A DNA stretch of 64,000 nt from contig CAXXSM010000022.1 in assembly GCA_963663405.2 (NCBI GenBank), positions 99,785 to 163,784 on the forward strand. The letters run 5' to 3'. The translations under genes and the position numbers were made by a program. Positions 1 to 8,897 of this stretch are shown here, piece after piece. A model generated the notes under the pieces. It saw only the letters and a list, made by a program, of their open reading frames with translations, did not search any database and was not told the origin of the DNA. This DNA is from a bacterium. Its GTDB lineage: Bacteria; Hinthialibacterota; Hinthialibacteria; Hinthialibacterales; Hinthialibacteraceae. How positions within the stretch are numbered: the first letter of the stretch is position 1; each line of letters opens with the position of its first letter.

Positions 1-2
1 TA

Positions 3-1070
3 GGGCTTATTAAGGATGAGGAATGGTCTGAAGGACAAGGCGCTCTTGAATATACCGCGGAGTTAGTGTCGTACCAAATTGGGGAGGTCCGGGACTGGTT
101 ATTCATGTGGGGTATTAACTGGGATCTTGCATGCCAAGATACTGTTATTGCGCTCTATTTATATGATATGAATTCAGGAGAGTTCAGAATTATTAAAAAT
201 GACTGTAACGACCTGGATTCGTTTGGTGGTTTGAACCTGGACGGCAGCAAAGCCGTGTTCGCCGAGACGATGGAAGGCACAGATCAAGGTTCGATTAAGG
301 TTTATGACATTGCCTCAGATCGTATTATTACTGTTAGTACTTTCGAGAGTGTGGATGGAGATTTCGCCGCCTATTATGATACTAACGACAAAATCCTATT
401 TCTCGGCGGTGATGGTGAAATAAAACGGATGGATGGAGATGGTCAAAACGTCATCACCTTACTAAAACCTGAAATTCCATTCCGGTTTCAAGTGTTTTGG
501 CTGTCGCCGGATCGTAAGACCATAGCCGCTGTAGAAAGTTATGAAGGTAGTGGGGATTATGAAACAAACCATTATGAAAGATTGATCGTAATCAATCTGG
601 ATAACACTAACCGCCAAGTTCTTATGGAAAGTTTTTTGGGGGAATGGAACTTTCTGACATGGAAATCTGATTCAAGTGGATTCTTCTACTATTACCATAC
701 CTTCAATGGGGAACCGGAACCAAATCATGCCGCCTATCCACAATATTCACTAGTTGATCTTTCGAAGGATCCGATTGTTCAAAATGATCTATCCAACTCT
801 GATCTCGGAAGCAAAGAAGAGAATCTATGTTTTTATACACCATCCGGCTATTTACTTGGAGTAGTAACAGAAGAGTTGTATGATCCTCAAAGCGGCGCAT
901 TGATTCGTACCTGTCCGGATGGCGTTACATCGGTTTATTCGGGTATCATGGGAATCGATTCTTCTGGAGAGATTTATTTTGCCGATTTCAATGGCGGACA
1001 TTTTTATCAGTTTGATGATATGGATTGCTCTGGGATCATCAATTGGGAATTGTTGTATTCATTTGATTGA
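3..1070 (+). CDS. Acidic beta-propeller-like (TolB-like repeat) protein, 5' truncated by window edge; carries C-terminal W-motif
   Basis: Frame is open from position 3 (GLIKDEEWSEG...) upstream of the GTG at 66. Repeats such as LDGSKAVF, LSPDRKTIA, WKSDSSGFFY. Ends SGIINWELLYSFD. Confidence 0.65.
   Translation, partial: GLIKDEEWSEGQGALEYTAELVSYQIGEVRDWLFMWGINWDLACQDTVIALYLYDMNSGEFRIIKNDCNDLDSFGGLNLDGSKAVFAETMEGTDQGSIKVYDIASDRIITVSTFESVDGDFAAYYDTNDKILFLGGDGEIKRMDGDGQNVITLLKPEIPFRFQVFWLSPDRKTIAAVESYEGSGDYETNHYERLIVINLDNTNRQVLMESFLGEWNFLTWKSDSSGFFYYYHTFNGEPEPNHAAYPQYSLVDLSKDPIVQNDLSNSDLGSKEENLCFYTPSGYLLGVVTEELYDPQSGALIRTCPDGVTSVYSGIMGIDSSGEIYFADFNGGHFYQFDDMDCSGIINWELLYSFD
1029..1070 (+). other. 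C-terminal W-motif copy 1 (SGIINWELLYSFD*)
   Basis: Matches [TVS]-[PAG]-[VI]-x-[DN]-W-x-[LI] but with a longer tail than the other three copies. Confidence 0.55.
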
Positions 1071-1122
1071 AACACGCTTGTAAACCAGACGATTCAGGAA
1101 TCATCGGGAGAGTTTTCATTTC

Positions 1123-2220
1123 ATGAAGATTACCAGAGTAGAAACCTATTTACTCGATATCCCGTTGAAACAACGGGCGATCACGGATTCTCAAAGTTAT
1201 GTGGATTCAGTGGAATTCGTGCAAGTCCGGATCGAAACCGATGAGGGGATCACCGGGTGGGGATTTAATTGGAATTACACCAAAGGCACGCGGGCGGTCA
1301 AAATAATAATTGATGACACATACGCCCCGTTTCTTCCAGGGAAAGATCCCCTGCGGCGGAAGGAGATCATCCAGGAGTTGTATTACAATAATCACTTCAT
1401 TGGACGGGTGGGGATCGCGCGTGTGGGATTATGCGCGGTGGAGATGGCGCTGTGGGATATTCAACTCAAGCAGGCCGGTCTTCCATTATGGAAATATCTG
1501 GGGCCATGCAAGGAGCGGGTGAAAGCCTATAACACGGATGGCGGTTGGCTGACGTGGACGGTGGATGAATTGATCGCTGATATGACGCTGCTGGTAGAGC
1601 GTGGATTCGACGCGGTGAAAATGAAGATCGGGCGTTCCGATCCGCGGGAGGATTACGAGCGCGTGAAAGCGGTACGCAAGGCGCTGGGGGATGGGATTCA
1701 GCTGATGGTCGACGCCAATACGGTCTGGGATTTGAAAACGGCGAAGGTCTGGGGGCGGCGGTTGGAAGAATTCAATATCGCTTGGCTGGAAGAGCCCCTT
1801 CATCCATTCGATAAGCGAGGACACGCAGCGTTGGCGAAAGCGTTGAATGTTCCCATCGCGGTGGGTGAGACGATCTATACCAAATACGATTTTCTGGATT
1901 ATATCGAACTGGGGGCCGTCGATATCGTACAAGCTGATATGACGAAATTGCTGGGGATCGAGGAATGGCTCGAAGTGGCGGCGCTGGCGCGTGCGTACAA
2001 CCTGGAAGTAATTCCTCATACGAACGTGCAGCAAAAGATACATGTCCAACTCGCAGCCGTGTCATCCAACGTTCCAATGGTGGAATATTGCTATGAATCC
2101 CTGGCCGATATTTGGGAAGAGCCGCTTCAAGTGATCGATGGGTATTATACGCTTCCAGAGGCGCCTGGGCTTGGATGTAAATTAACGGATAGGATTTTGG
2201 ATGAATGCCGGGTGGAATAA
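1123..2220 (+). CDS. Mandelate racemase/muconate lactonizing enzyme family (enolase superfamily)
   Basis: N-terminal MKITRVET...VRIETDEGITGWG; KxK motif (VKMKIG); metal ligands in VDAN, LEEP, VGE. Confidence 0.9.
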   Translation: MKITRVETYLLDIPLKQRAITDSQSYVDSVEFVQVRIETDEGITGWGFNWNYTKGTRAVKIIIDDTYAPFLPGKDPLRRKEIIQELYYNNHFIGRVGIARVGLCAVEMALWDIQLKQAGLPLWKYLGPCKERVKAYNTDGGWLTWTVDELIADMTLLVERGFDAVKMKIGRSDPREDYERVKAVRKALGDGIQLMVDANTVWDLKTAKVWGRRLEEFNIAWLEEPLHPFDKRGHAALAKALNVPIAVGETIYTKYDFLDYIELGAVDIVQADMTKLLGIEEWLEVAALARAYNLEVIPHTNVQQKIHVQLAAVSSNVPMVEYCYESLADIWEEPLQVIDGYYTLPEAPGLGCKLTDRILDECRVE

Positions 2221-2353
2221 GCGTTTTCTTTCCAGTCTAGTATTAATCCCATCATTTTTTTCCATCCATTGAAAGATTTTTCCCGCATTCTCGTATTGAT
2301 TGAGTATGGCCTTCTATCAATCACAATCATTTCAACGATAGGGAGAATATGAA

Positions 2354-3241
2354 ATGAAAACATCCTACATACAAACGGCGATTACCCTTGTTCTCATTTT
2401 GTTATGTATTTGGAATACCGGGTGTGGTATCCCATCTGAGAAATTTTCGGAAACGAAGGAATTTACACAAGATGGAAACGGGATTGAAACGATCGACGCG
2501 AAGACGACAAACGGTCACATCTCTTTAATCGCCTGCGCGACGGATCAGATTTACGTTCACGCCAGGAAAGATGTCTACGCTTTCACAATGGAGGAAGCGG
2601 AGGCGTTCGCGGAGAAGGTTGAAATCTTAGTCAAGAAAGACGGGGATACTCTCCGGATTTACAAGGAACAACCGAAAAACACGATCGGGATCAATGTGAA
2701 CGTGCACTTTGATATAACCTGCCCCCAAAACGTTCAGGTCAATCTCGGTTCGACCAACGGAAAAGTTGAATCGAAAGGTGTGGAAGGAGCCGTCACCGCG
2801 TCTTCTACAAATGGCGCGGTTGAGGTGGATGGAGGATCGAAACAGATCTCTCTAAAAACGACAAACGGCTCCGTGAATTTTAAAAACATCACCGGCGCGA
2901 TAAAAGCCAGTTCGACCAACGGCGCTGTGAAAGGAACAATCGAAACATTAACAGACACAGCCCAGCTTTCCACGACGAATGGATCGATCGATGTATCAGT
3001 GGAGGAAGGCGTCGCGCCGATCAAAGCGGGCACGACGAATGGCTCCCTCTCCATCACGCTGCCGGAAGATTATTCAGGCCATCTGGACGCGAAAACATCG
3101 AATGGAAGAATCCATTCTGATTTCGACGTTCAATTTGAGGGAAAAAAGAAGAATCGCGTGGATGGCCCGATCGGTGCAGGAGGAGAAACAGAATTAAGCC
3201 TTCATACGACAAATGGGAATATTAATATTAAGAAACAGTAA
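2354..3241 (+). CDS. DUF4097-like beta-strand repeat protein, probable lipoprotein
   Basis: Signal peptide ending in a lipobox-like NTGC; many [ST]TNG repeats. Confidence 0.8.
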   Translation: MKTSYIQTAITLVLILLCIWNTGCGIPSEKFSETKEFTQDGNGIETIDAKTTNGHISLIACATDQIYVHARKDVYAFTMEEAEAFAEKVEILVKKDGDTLRIYKEQPKNTIGINVNVHFDITCPQNVQVNLGSTNGKVESKGVEGAVTASSTNGAVEVDGGSKQISLKTTNGSVNFKNITGAIKASSTNGAVKGTIETLTDTAQLSTTNGSIDVSVEEGVAPIKAGTTNGSLSITLPEDYSGHLDAKTSNGRIHSDFDVQFEGKKKNRVDGPIGAGGETELSLHTTNGNINIKKQ

Positions 3242-3264
3242 TTCTCTCGTGGTTTGAAAAACAT

Positions 3265-3343
3265 ATAGGGTGGATCGCACTTTATCGACCCACCATTTAT
3301 AATTAATTGATTCGGCGCCTCATAAAGACGCGACCCACCCCAC
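3265..3343. repeat. Inverted pair of REP-like palindromes between convergent genes
   Basis: ATAGGGTGGATCGCACTTTATCGACCCACC (3265-3294) and, on the - strand, GTGGGGTGGGTCGCGTCTTTATGAGGCGCCGA (3343-3312). Confidence 0.55.
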
Positions 3344-3371
3344 GGGGAATCAGTTTTCGTTCCAATGATTG

Positions 3372-4544
3372 TCACACTCCCGATTGCATCTTTTCCATGA
3401 ACTTTGACATTGAGATTACCGTTACATCATCCTTGACCGGAAATTCATCATCACCACCATATACGATGAATTTTTTGGTTGCGCCTATATCCTCGCATGT
3501 CTGGCTGTAATGTTTGTCTAACTTGGGGGCTGACCCATATTTAATTTCCACGGCCCAGACTTCCGATGATGGCATTTTGATCGCGAGATCAATCTCTGCG
3601 CCTGCCGCCGTGCGGTAAAAATAAGTCTCCGCCCGGCGCGGCAGGATAGAGTGGATGTTCTCAACCACAAAACCTTCCCAGCTTTTCCCCAGGATAGGAT
3701 TTGACAGTAGCGCGTCGTAGGTATTTATCCCCAATAACCGGTGCTGGATACCGCTGTCACGGATATAATAACGGGGGGATTTTATCAAGCGTTTCTTGAC
3801 ATTGGCATACCACGGCTCTAACCGTCTGACCAATAGCAAATCCACCAATATATCCATGTAATGATTGATCGCTTTGCGCTGTACTTCCAAATTACTTGCC
3901 AGTTTGCTGACATTTACGGTTTCACCTTGCAAGTGCGCGAGCATCGTCCATAAACGGCGCAGTCTGTTTGCAGGCACACGAAAGCCCATCTGTGGAACAT
4001 CCCGCTCAAGATAAGTACGGATCAGATCTTCAAGCCAATCCATGGCCATATCATCGTCTGCGGCCAAAAAACCGTCTGGAAAACCGCCCCTCAACCAAAG
4101 ATTTTGGAGATCATCTTTATTTTCTCCAATTTCCAACACATTCAAACCACTCAATTCGATGTAGCGGATACGGCCTGCCAAACTCTCTGAAGACTGGCGC
4201 ATCAAATCCATGGACGCAGAGCCTAAAAGCAGGAATTGACCTGATTTTTTGCCTTGCCGCCTATTCTTGTCGATCAGCCCACGCAGGACCTTAAACAAGT
4301 CAGGAGCGCGATGAATTTCATCTAGGATTACCAGTTTATCGTTGTGAGCGCTTAAAAAACTGGTTGGATCGCTGAGTTTCAGCAAATCTTCCGGGGATTC
4401 CAGATCGAGATAGATTGAGTTTTGCTCTTTTGCGATCGTTTTGGCAAGCGTGGTTTTTCCCACCTGACGCGCGCCAAGAAGCGCTACAGCGGGAACCTGT
4501 GTAATGCTCTTTTGGAGTTTATCTATAATCCGTCGCTTTAACAT
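3372..4544 (-). CDS. AAA_14 ATPase with C-terminal DUF4143 (PD-(D/E)xK-like) domain
   Basis: Walker A GARQVGKTT, Walker B ILDEIH, LLGSAS, ESLAGR, C-terminal YFYRTAAGAEIDL...AVEIK. Start assigned at MLKRR (4544). Confidence 0.9.
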   Translation of the reverse strand: MLKRRIIDKLQKSITQVPAVALLGARQVGKTTLAKTIAKEQNSIYLDLESPEDLLKLSDPTSFLSAHNDKLVILDEIHRAPDLFKVLRGLIDKNRRQGKKSGQFLLLGSASMDLMRQSSESLAGRIRYIELSGLNVLEIGENKDDLQNLWLRGGFPDGFLAADDDMAMDWLEDLIRTYLERDVPQMGFRVPANRLRRLWTMLAHLQGETVNVSKLASNLEVQRKAINHYMDILVDLLLVRRLEPWYANVKKRLIKSPRYYIRDSGIQHRLLGINTYDALLSNPILGKSWEGFVVENIHSILPRRAETYFYRTAAGAEIDLAIKMPSSEVWAVEIKYGSAPKLDKHYSQTCEDIGATKKFIVYGGDDEFPVKDDVTVISMSKFMEKMQSGV

Positions 4545-4696
4545 ACCTTGTATTTTGTGCCTAAAAAGCGCAAAATGCAAGGTATAAATTATATTGTAAT
4601 TGATCGGTCATCTGAAGTGATAGATTCCTCCCCAAGAAACGGTGTTTGTACCGGATCAGTAAGGGAGAGATTAAGGGGGTTGTCCCATCTATTCGC

Positions 4697-4770
4697 CGGG
4701 TGGCCAGGACAAGGTTTTTTTTCTGCCCTGGTATAATTTCCAGAACGTAGTCAGGGTATAAAAAAACCTT
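4697..4770. repeat. Intergenic GTAG-REP-like repeat family A, copy 1
   Basis: CGGGTGGCCAGGACAAGG-T8-CTGCCCTGG followed by ATAATTTCCAGAACGTAG; related to 38386-38467, 45155-45236 and 53445-53485. Confidence 0.7.
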
Positions 4771-4797
4771 CAGCCTTCAGTCTAAGCTACCTTCTAC

Positions 4798-5877
4798 CTA
4801 AAACACCACCATTGTTTGTGAATCGGCGGCGTTGCGGAGTTTGAGGACCAGTTCTGTAATGCGGAAGGCGTCTTCGGTGGATAGGATTAATTCTTCTTTG
4901 CCTTCGATGGCGGCAACCATGTTTTTGAATTGGGAGACGCTTTCGCTGGGCTCCACTTCATGCGTTTTTTTTGTTTCGGTGATCAATGTAACTTTTTCAC
5001 CGATTACCTCGACAACGCCTTTGGTTCCCGCGATCCGGAGGCGGTCATCTCCCCATGTGGAGGCAATGTCTGGACGACAGTAATCCAGGCGGATGGATAC
5101 TGTCGCGCCGCTTTCGGCGAGGAGAATCATGTTGGCGGTGTTTTCCATCGCGCCGAGTTCGGGACGTCCAACATTGTTATGAAACGCGGAGCCTTTCACA
5201 AAACGCAGGCCGGTTGTCCAGCGGATGATGTCCAAGGCGTGACAGGCGATGTAGGGGATGGTTCCGGCGAAGGATTCACGGGATTTCACCCAATCGGGGC
5301 GGGTTCCTAGCTTATATGATTTCTGCGCCGTGGCGAGGGTCACTTCGCCGATCACGCCGCTCTGGACGATTTCACGGACCTTGCGGTAATGGCCGTCGAA
5401 CCGCATGTTCAACATCATCGTCAAGACCACACCCGCTTCGTCAACCGCTTTTTTTACCCGTTCTAAATCCTTCAGGTTGGTGGTTAATGGTTTTTCCGTA
5501 TAGATATGAAGCCCTTTTTTGGCGCAGCGGATGAGGGTTTCCGCTGTATCGCCGTGTTGGGTATAGACGGCGGCGATATCGAGGGATTCTTTTTCCAGCA
5601 TTTCGCGGTAATCAGTGTAGATTTTGATTCCCTTGGGGAGAGAATTAAATTTATTACGGTTCGCTTTCTGGCTCGGTTCGGGGACCGCGGCGGCTACCAA
5701 TTTCACGTTGGACATTTCCGGTAATGGATCAAGGGTGTATTTATAATGGCCCTCCATATCGATCCAGCCAAGGCGAAAACCCTTTTTCTCCGCGCTCTTC
5801 GCCATCGCCGGGACCAATGTTCCCACGCCAGCCAACGCGCCGCCTATAAAACGCCGCCGGTTGATTTCATCGATCAT
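4798..5877 (-). CDS. Gfo/Idh/MocA family oxidoreductase with Tat signal peptide
   Basis: NRRRFIGG twin-arginine motif; YTDYREMLEKESLD and HIYTEKP; AAGGAG RBS upstream of ATG at 5877. Confidence 0.9.
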   Translation of the reverse strand: MIDEINRRRFIGGALAGVGTLVPAMAKSAEKKGFRLGWIDMEGHYKYTLDPLPEMSNVKLVAAAVPEPSQKANRNKFNSLPKGIKIYTDYREMLEKESLDIAAVYTQHGDTAETLIRCAKKGLHIYTEKPLTTNLKDLERVKKAVDEAGVVLTMMLNMRFDGHYRKVREIVQSGVIGEVTLATAQKSYKLGTRPDWVKSRESFAGTIPYIACHALDIIRWTTGLRFVKGSAFHNNVGRPELGAMENTANMILLAESGATVSIRLDYCRPDIASTWGDDRLRIAGTKGVVEVIGEKVTLITETKKTHEVEPSESVSQFKNMVAAIEGKEELILSTEDAFRITELVLKLRNAADSQTMVVF

Positions 5878-6114
5878 TTTCTTTCTCCTTCTTTTACTCA
5901 TACATTCATTCGAACCGTTTCCTTCTGTCGACGGTAGATAATCGATCATATCAGGTTTATGGATTTCGTCTACTATCGGAAAGGAATCTCTATTTTATTA
6001 AAAGATAGCTCTTTCGATACTTTGATATTGATTTCTCACATTAAATATGTTAAAAATAGATCGATTCAGCGCATTTCTGCGTTAGAAAATTCATTGTGCT
6101 CCTGGAGGCTTTCG

Positions 6115-7647
6115 ATGAACGGTCTTCGATTCAAGACTTTCGCGTGGTTTGCTTTTTTGGGATTCATCGTCTTTGGATTGTCAACACCGGCTTTCTCGGC
6201 GGTAAAACCCTGGGCTTCAACGGCTCATGTGGATTTCTTCGTGGAAGATGGCGGTTTTACTCCGCTGGTGGATGGTTTTATCGATGCGGAGGAATGGCGG
6301 TTTTCCCCGCAGAGTTCCGGCGCTTCCGGTTCGTTCTGGTATGTCCGGTGGAATGCGGCGCAGGATGATGAAGGCGTCGTTCAGACCGGTCTTTTCAGTT
6401 CCGATTCGGGGGATGAACCGTACGATACGAGTGATTGTTCGTTCTATGTCTATACTCTGTATGATGATGAATATTTATACATCGCCGTTTCCGTGACGGA
6501 TGATATCACTTCATTCAACGATACGGGGGAAGGAACCGAAGACGGCTCGACGTGGAACGATGATTCTGTGGAGATCTTCATCGACGGTGATTACAGCCAA
6601 TTCGAGACCAGTCTCACCGCCGCTTCCGCTGACGATCAAGCGAGAGAATTCGCCACGGGCGGACAGTTTGTTCTGACGAATAACAATTCGTGGAGAGACA
6701 ACGAAGCGGGGAATCCTACATTTGGAGAAGATGGGGATTGGTATGCGCGCGCCGAATGGACCGATGTGGGCTATGATGTTGAATTCAAGATCAAACTCTC
6801 CAAGATCGGGAATCCCACCAAGGGATCAACCATTGGATTTAACATCGCTGTGAACGACGACGATGATGACGGCGCCACAACCTCACCAGCCCGGTATCAG
6901 CTGCGGTGGGCGGGAGAAGCGCATGTAGAATCAACATATGGAGCCCTCTATTTCGGCCCGCGTGAAGTGACAGCGCCGTTGGTGGATGGGCCGGTCACGA
7001 TCGATGGTGTGATGGATGAAGCGGATTGGGCGAAAGCGGCTGTGGAGCCTGTGACTCCTTATAGTGGAGTGATTATCAACGATCAATTGCCCGTCTCATC
7101 GGAAGATCTCTCCTATACCTCATATATTATGCACGACGACACATGGCTTTACGTCGGTTTTATCGTGATGGATGAGGATGTCATCACCGACACGGAACCG
7201 GAAGGATCGCATAACGCCAACACATGGCATGATGATTCAATGGAAGTGTTCATCGATCAGGATCTCGATCATGGGGCCGATACGAGCAACAATCGCTATG
7301 GAAGCGCCGATTTGATCGAAGGACAGTTTGTTCTCACCGCCGGAAACGCGACTCGTGACGCCAACACAACCAATGTGCCATTGATCGGAGAGACAGATGA
7401 TGACGATTGGTGGTGCTGGGCGACTCTGACTGAAAGAGGATGGCAGGGAGAAATGCGTTTTAAGAAGGAAATGATTGTAGGATTTGACCAAATTGGATTT
7501 ACCATGGCCGTTAATGATGACGATCCATCGGATGTGGAGACCGACCATCAACTCCGATGGCAAGGCGCCCCACACGTGGAATCAAGCTATGGTGTGTTGA
7601 TTCTTGGGGAAGCCCCCGTCCCTGTATCGGATTGGATGATACATTAA
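6115..7647 (+). CDS. Secreted tandem CBM9-like (DOMON-like sugar-binding) protein with C-terminal W-motif
   Basis: GGAGG RBS and signal peptide. Two homologous domains (YDDEYLYIAVSVTDD / HDDTWLYVGFIVMDE; WNDDSVEIFID / WHDDSMEVFID; IGFNIAVNDDD / IGFTMAVNDDD). Confidence 0.8.
   Translation: MNGLRFKTFAWFAFLGFIVFGLSTPAFSAVKPWASTAHVDFFVEDGGFTPLVDGFIDAEEWRFSPQSSGASGSFWYVRWNAAQDDEGVVQTGLFSSDSGDEPYDTSDCSFYVYTLYDDEYLYIAVSVTDDITSFNDTGEGTEDGSTWNDDSVEIFIDGDYSQFETSLTAASADDQAREFATGGQFVLTNNNSWRDNEAGNPTFGEDGDWYARAEWTDVGYDVEFKIKLSKIGNPTKGSTIGFNIAVNDDDDDGATTSPARYQLRWAGEAHVESTYGALYFGPREVTAPLVDGPVTIDGVMDEADWAKAAVEPVTPYSGVIINDQLPVSSEDLSYTSYIMHDDTWLYVGFIVMDEDVITDTEPEGSHNANTWHDDSMEVFIDQDLDHGADTSNNRYGSADLIEGQFVLTAGNATRDANTTNVPLIGETDDDDWWCWATLTERGWQGEMRFKKEMIVGFDQIGFTMAVNDDDPSDVETDHQLRWQGAPHVESSYGVLILGEAPVPVSDWMIH
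7618..7647 (+). other. C-terminal W-motif copy 2 (VPVSDWMIH*)
   Basis: Last 9 residues of the CBM9-like protein. Confidence 0.75.
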
Positions 7648-7694
7648 ATCGGATTGATTCTGTTCCTTTATATAATATTGTAATAACATCTTCT

Positions 7695-7722
7695 CACCAT
7701 CCCAGTTCAGACTGGGACGGTG
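7695..7722. terminator. Hairpin between convergent genes, probable terminator
   Basis: CACCATCCCAGT-TCAG-ACTGGGACGGTG. Confidence 0.5.
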
Positions 7723-7781
7723 CTGTGCTCTATATTGGATTTAACTATATCCAATAGTACGTCAAGAAACATTAACGCGGA

Positions 7782-8060
7782 TCAAGACGAATTCATCGAG
7801 TTTCTATATTCCTCTATTAATTCATTGGGAATCCCTTTCAATGCGATCATGATGAGCAACGGGACGATAATTAAATCGTCAATGTGTCCAATGATTGGAA
7901 TCCAATCGGGAATAAGATCGATCGGGGAGAGGAGATATCCAACGGCGGCGGCGAGCAGCCATTTCGTCCATACGGGAGTCCGATTGTCTTTAAGGAGGGA
8001 TTGGTAGAGTTTGATTTCCTGTTTGATTTGATGGGCTATTAATCGGAGTTTATTGAACAC
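7782..8060 (-). CDS. YkvA/DUF1232 family small membrane protein
   Basis: YLLSPIDLIPDWIPIIGHIDD signature. Confidence 0.9.
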   Translation of the reverse strand: MFNKLRLIAHQIKQEIKLYQSLLKDNRTPVWTKWLLAAAVGYLLSPIDLIPDWIPIIGHIDDLIIVPLLIMIALKGIPNELIEEYRNSMNSS

Positions 8061-8104
8061 GGTAATTTCTTTGAACCGGAAAATTTAGTTTTGTATGTTC
8101 TCGA

Positions 8105-8719
8105 TTAGAAATTCGGTGGGAAATTGCCGTTGTACATGATGCCGTCAACTTTGAGGTTTCTTACCACGGATGAATCGCCTCCGTACCAGAAGATATCCCC
8201 ATTGCTGACTAAGCCGTTGCTGGTTCTGTAAGTGTTTCCATATCCATTGTTCCGTTGGATGCCGAAAAAGGGCTGGGCGGAATAAAGGCCGTTTTCCGCC
8301 AAATCGGGTCCACGAGAGAATATATTGTAAGCGACGTTTTTCTTGCCCCGGCTGGCGACGCCGGTTTCGTACGACGCTTCCTGCCCTTCCGCTCGTAAGA
8401 TCACGGAATCTTGGAACGGATCGTGTGGAAGAGATGACATATAGGCCACAGGCGCTGTCAGGAAAAAGAGTCCCGCTTCGGATTTCGCGCGGCGGCCTGT
8501 AAAAATATCATCCTCGGATTCGGGGGGATAGCCATTGTTATCCAAATTATACATTTCATGGGCTTGAGCCAACGCTCTGATATCCGATTGAACGCGGGCG
8601 ATTTTCGCCCGAATCTGGGCGTTGAGAAAATTCGGCACGGCGATCGCGGCCAGAATGCCAATGATGGCGACGACGATTAATAACTCGATTAGAGTAAATC
8701 CATATTGCGAGTGTTTCAT
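8105..8719 (-). CDS. Prepilin-type N-terminal cleavage/methylation protein (GspG-like pseudopilin)
   Basis: G|FTLIELLIVVAIIGILAAIAVPNF; YNLDNNGYP; DPF; SRGPD. Confidence 0.9.
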   Translation of the reverse strand: MKHSQYGFTLIELLIVVAIIGILAAIAVPNFLNAQIRAKIARVQSDIRALAQAHEMYNLDNNGYPPESEDDIFTGRRAKSEAGLFFLTAPVAYMSSLPHDPFQDSVILRAEGQEASYETGVASRGKKNVAYNIFSRGPDLAENGLYSAQPFFGIQRNNGYGNTYRTSNGLVSNGDIFWYGGDSSVVRNLKVDGIMYNGNFPPNF

Positions 8720-8793
8720 CTTTCAAAATCTCCAGGCGATTGTTTTTTACGGCGTTCCCAAAATTTAATAAGCCGTAGAATATAAATGAAGAC

Positions 8794-8833
8794 GGGGAAG
8801 CGCAAAGAATACGATACTCTATGGCGCTTCCCC
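8794..8833 (-). terminator. GC-rich hairpin downstream of the 8865-10379 gene
   Basis: GGGGAAGCGC-N20-GCGCTTCCCC. Confidence 0.45.
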
Positions 8834-8864
8834 TCGTATATTAAAAAAATTACGTCACATTTAT

Positions 8865-8897
8865 TTATTCAAATATAGACCAATCGCAGACAGCCGT
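8865..8897 (-). other. C-terminal W-motif copy 3 (TAVCDWSIFE*)
   Basis: Last 10 residues. Confidence 0.75.

Noticed and set aside
2354-3241. TTNG repeats as a novel repeat system
   Set aside because: They are the ordinary protein-level repeats of DUF4097-like adhesin domains
3241-4800. Integron cassette with attC sites
   Set aside because: The palindromes lack clear RYYYAAC/GTTRRRY ends, and no integron integrase or cassette array is present
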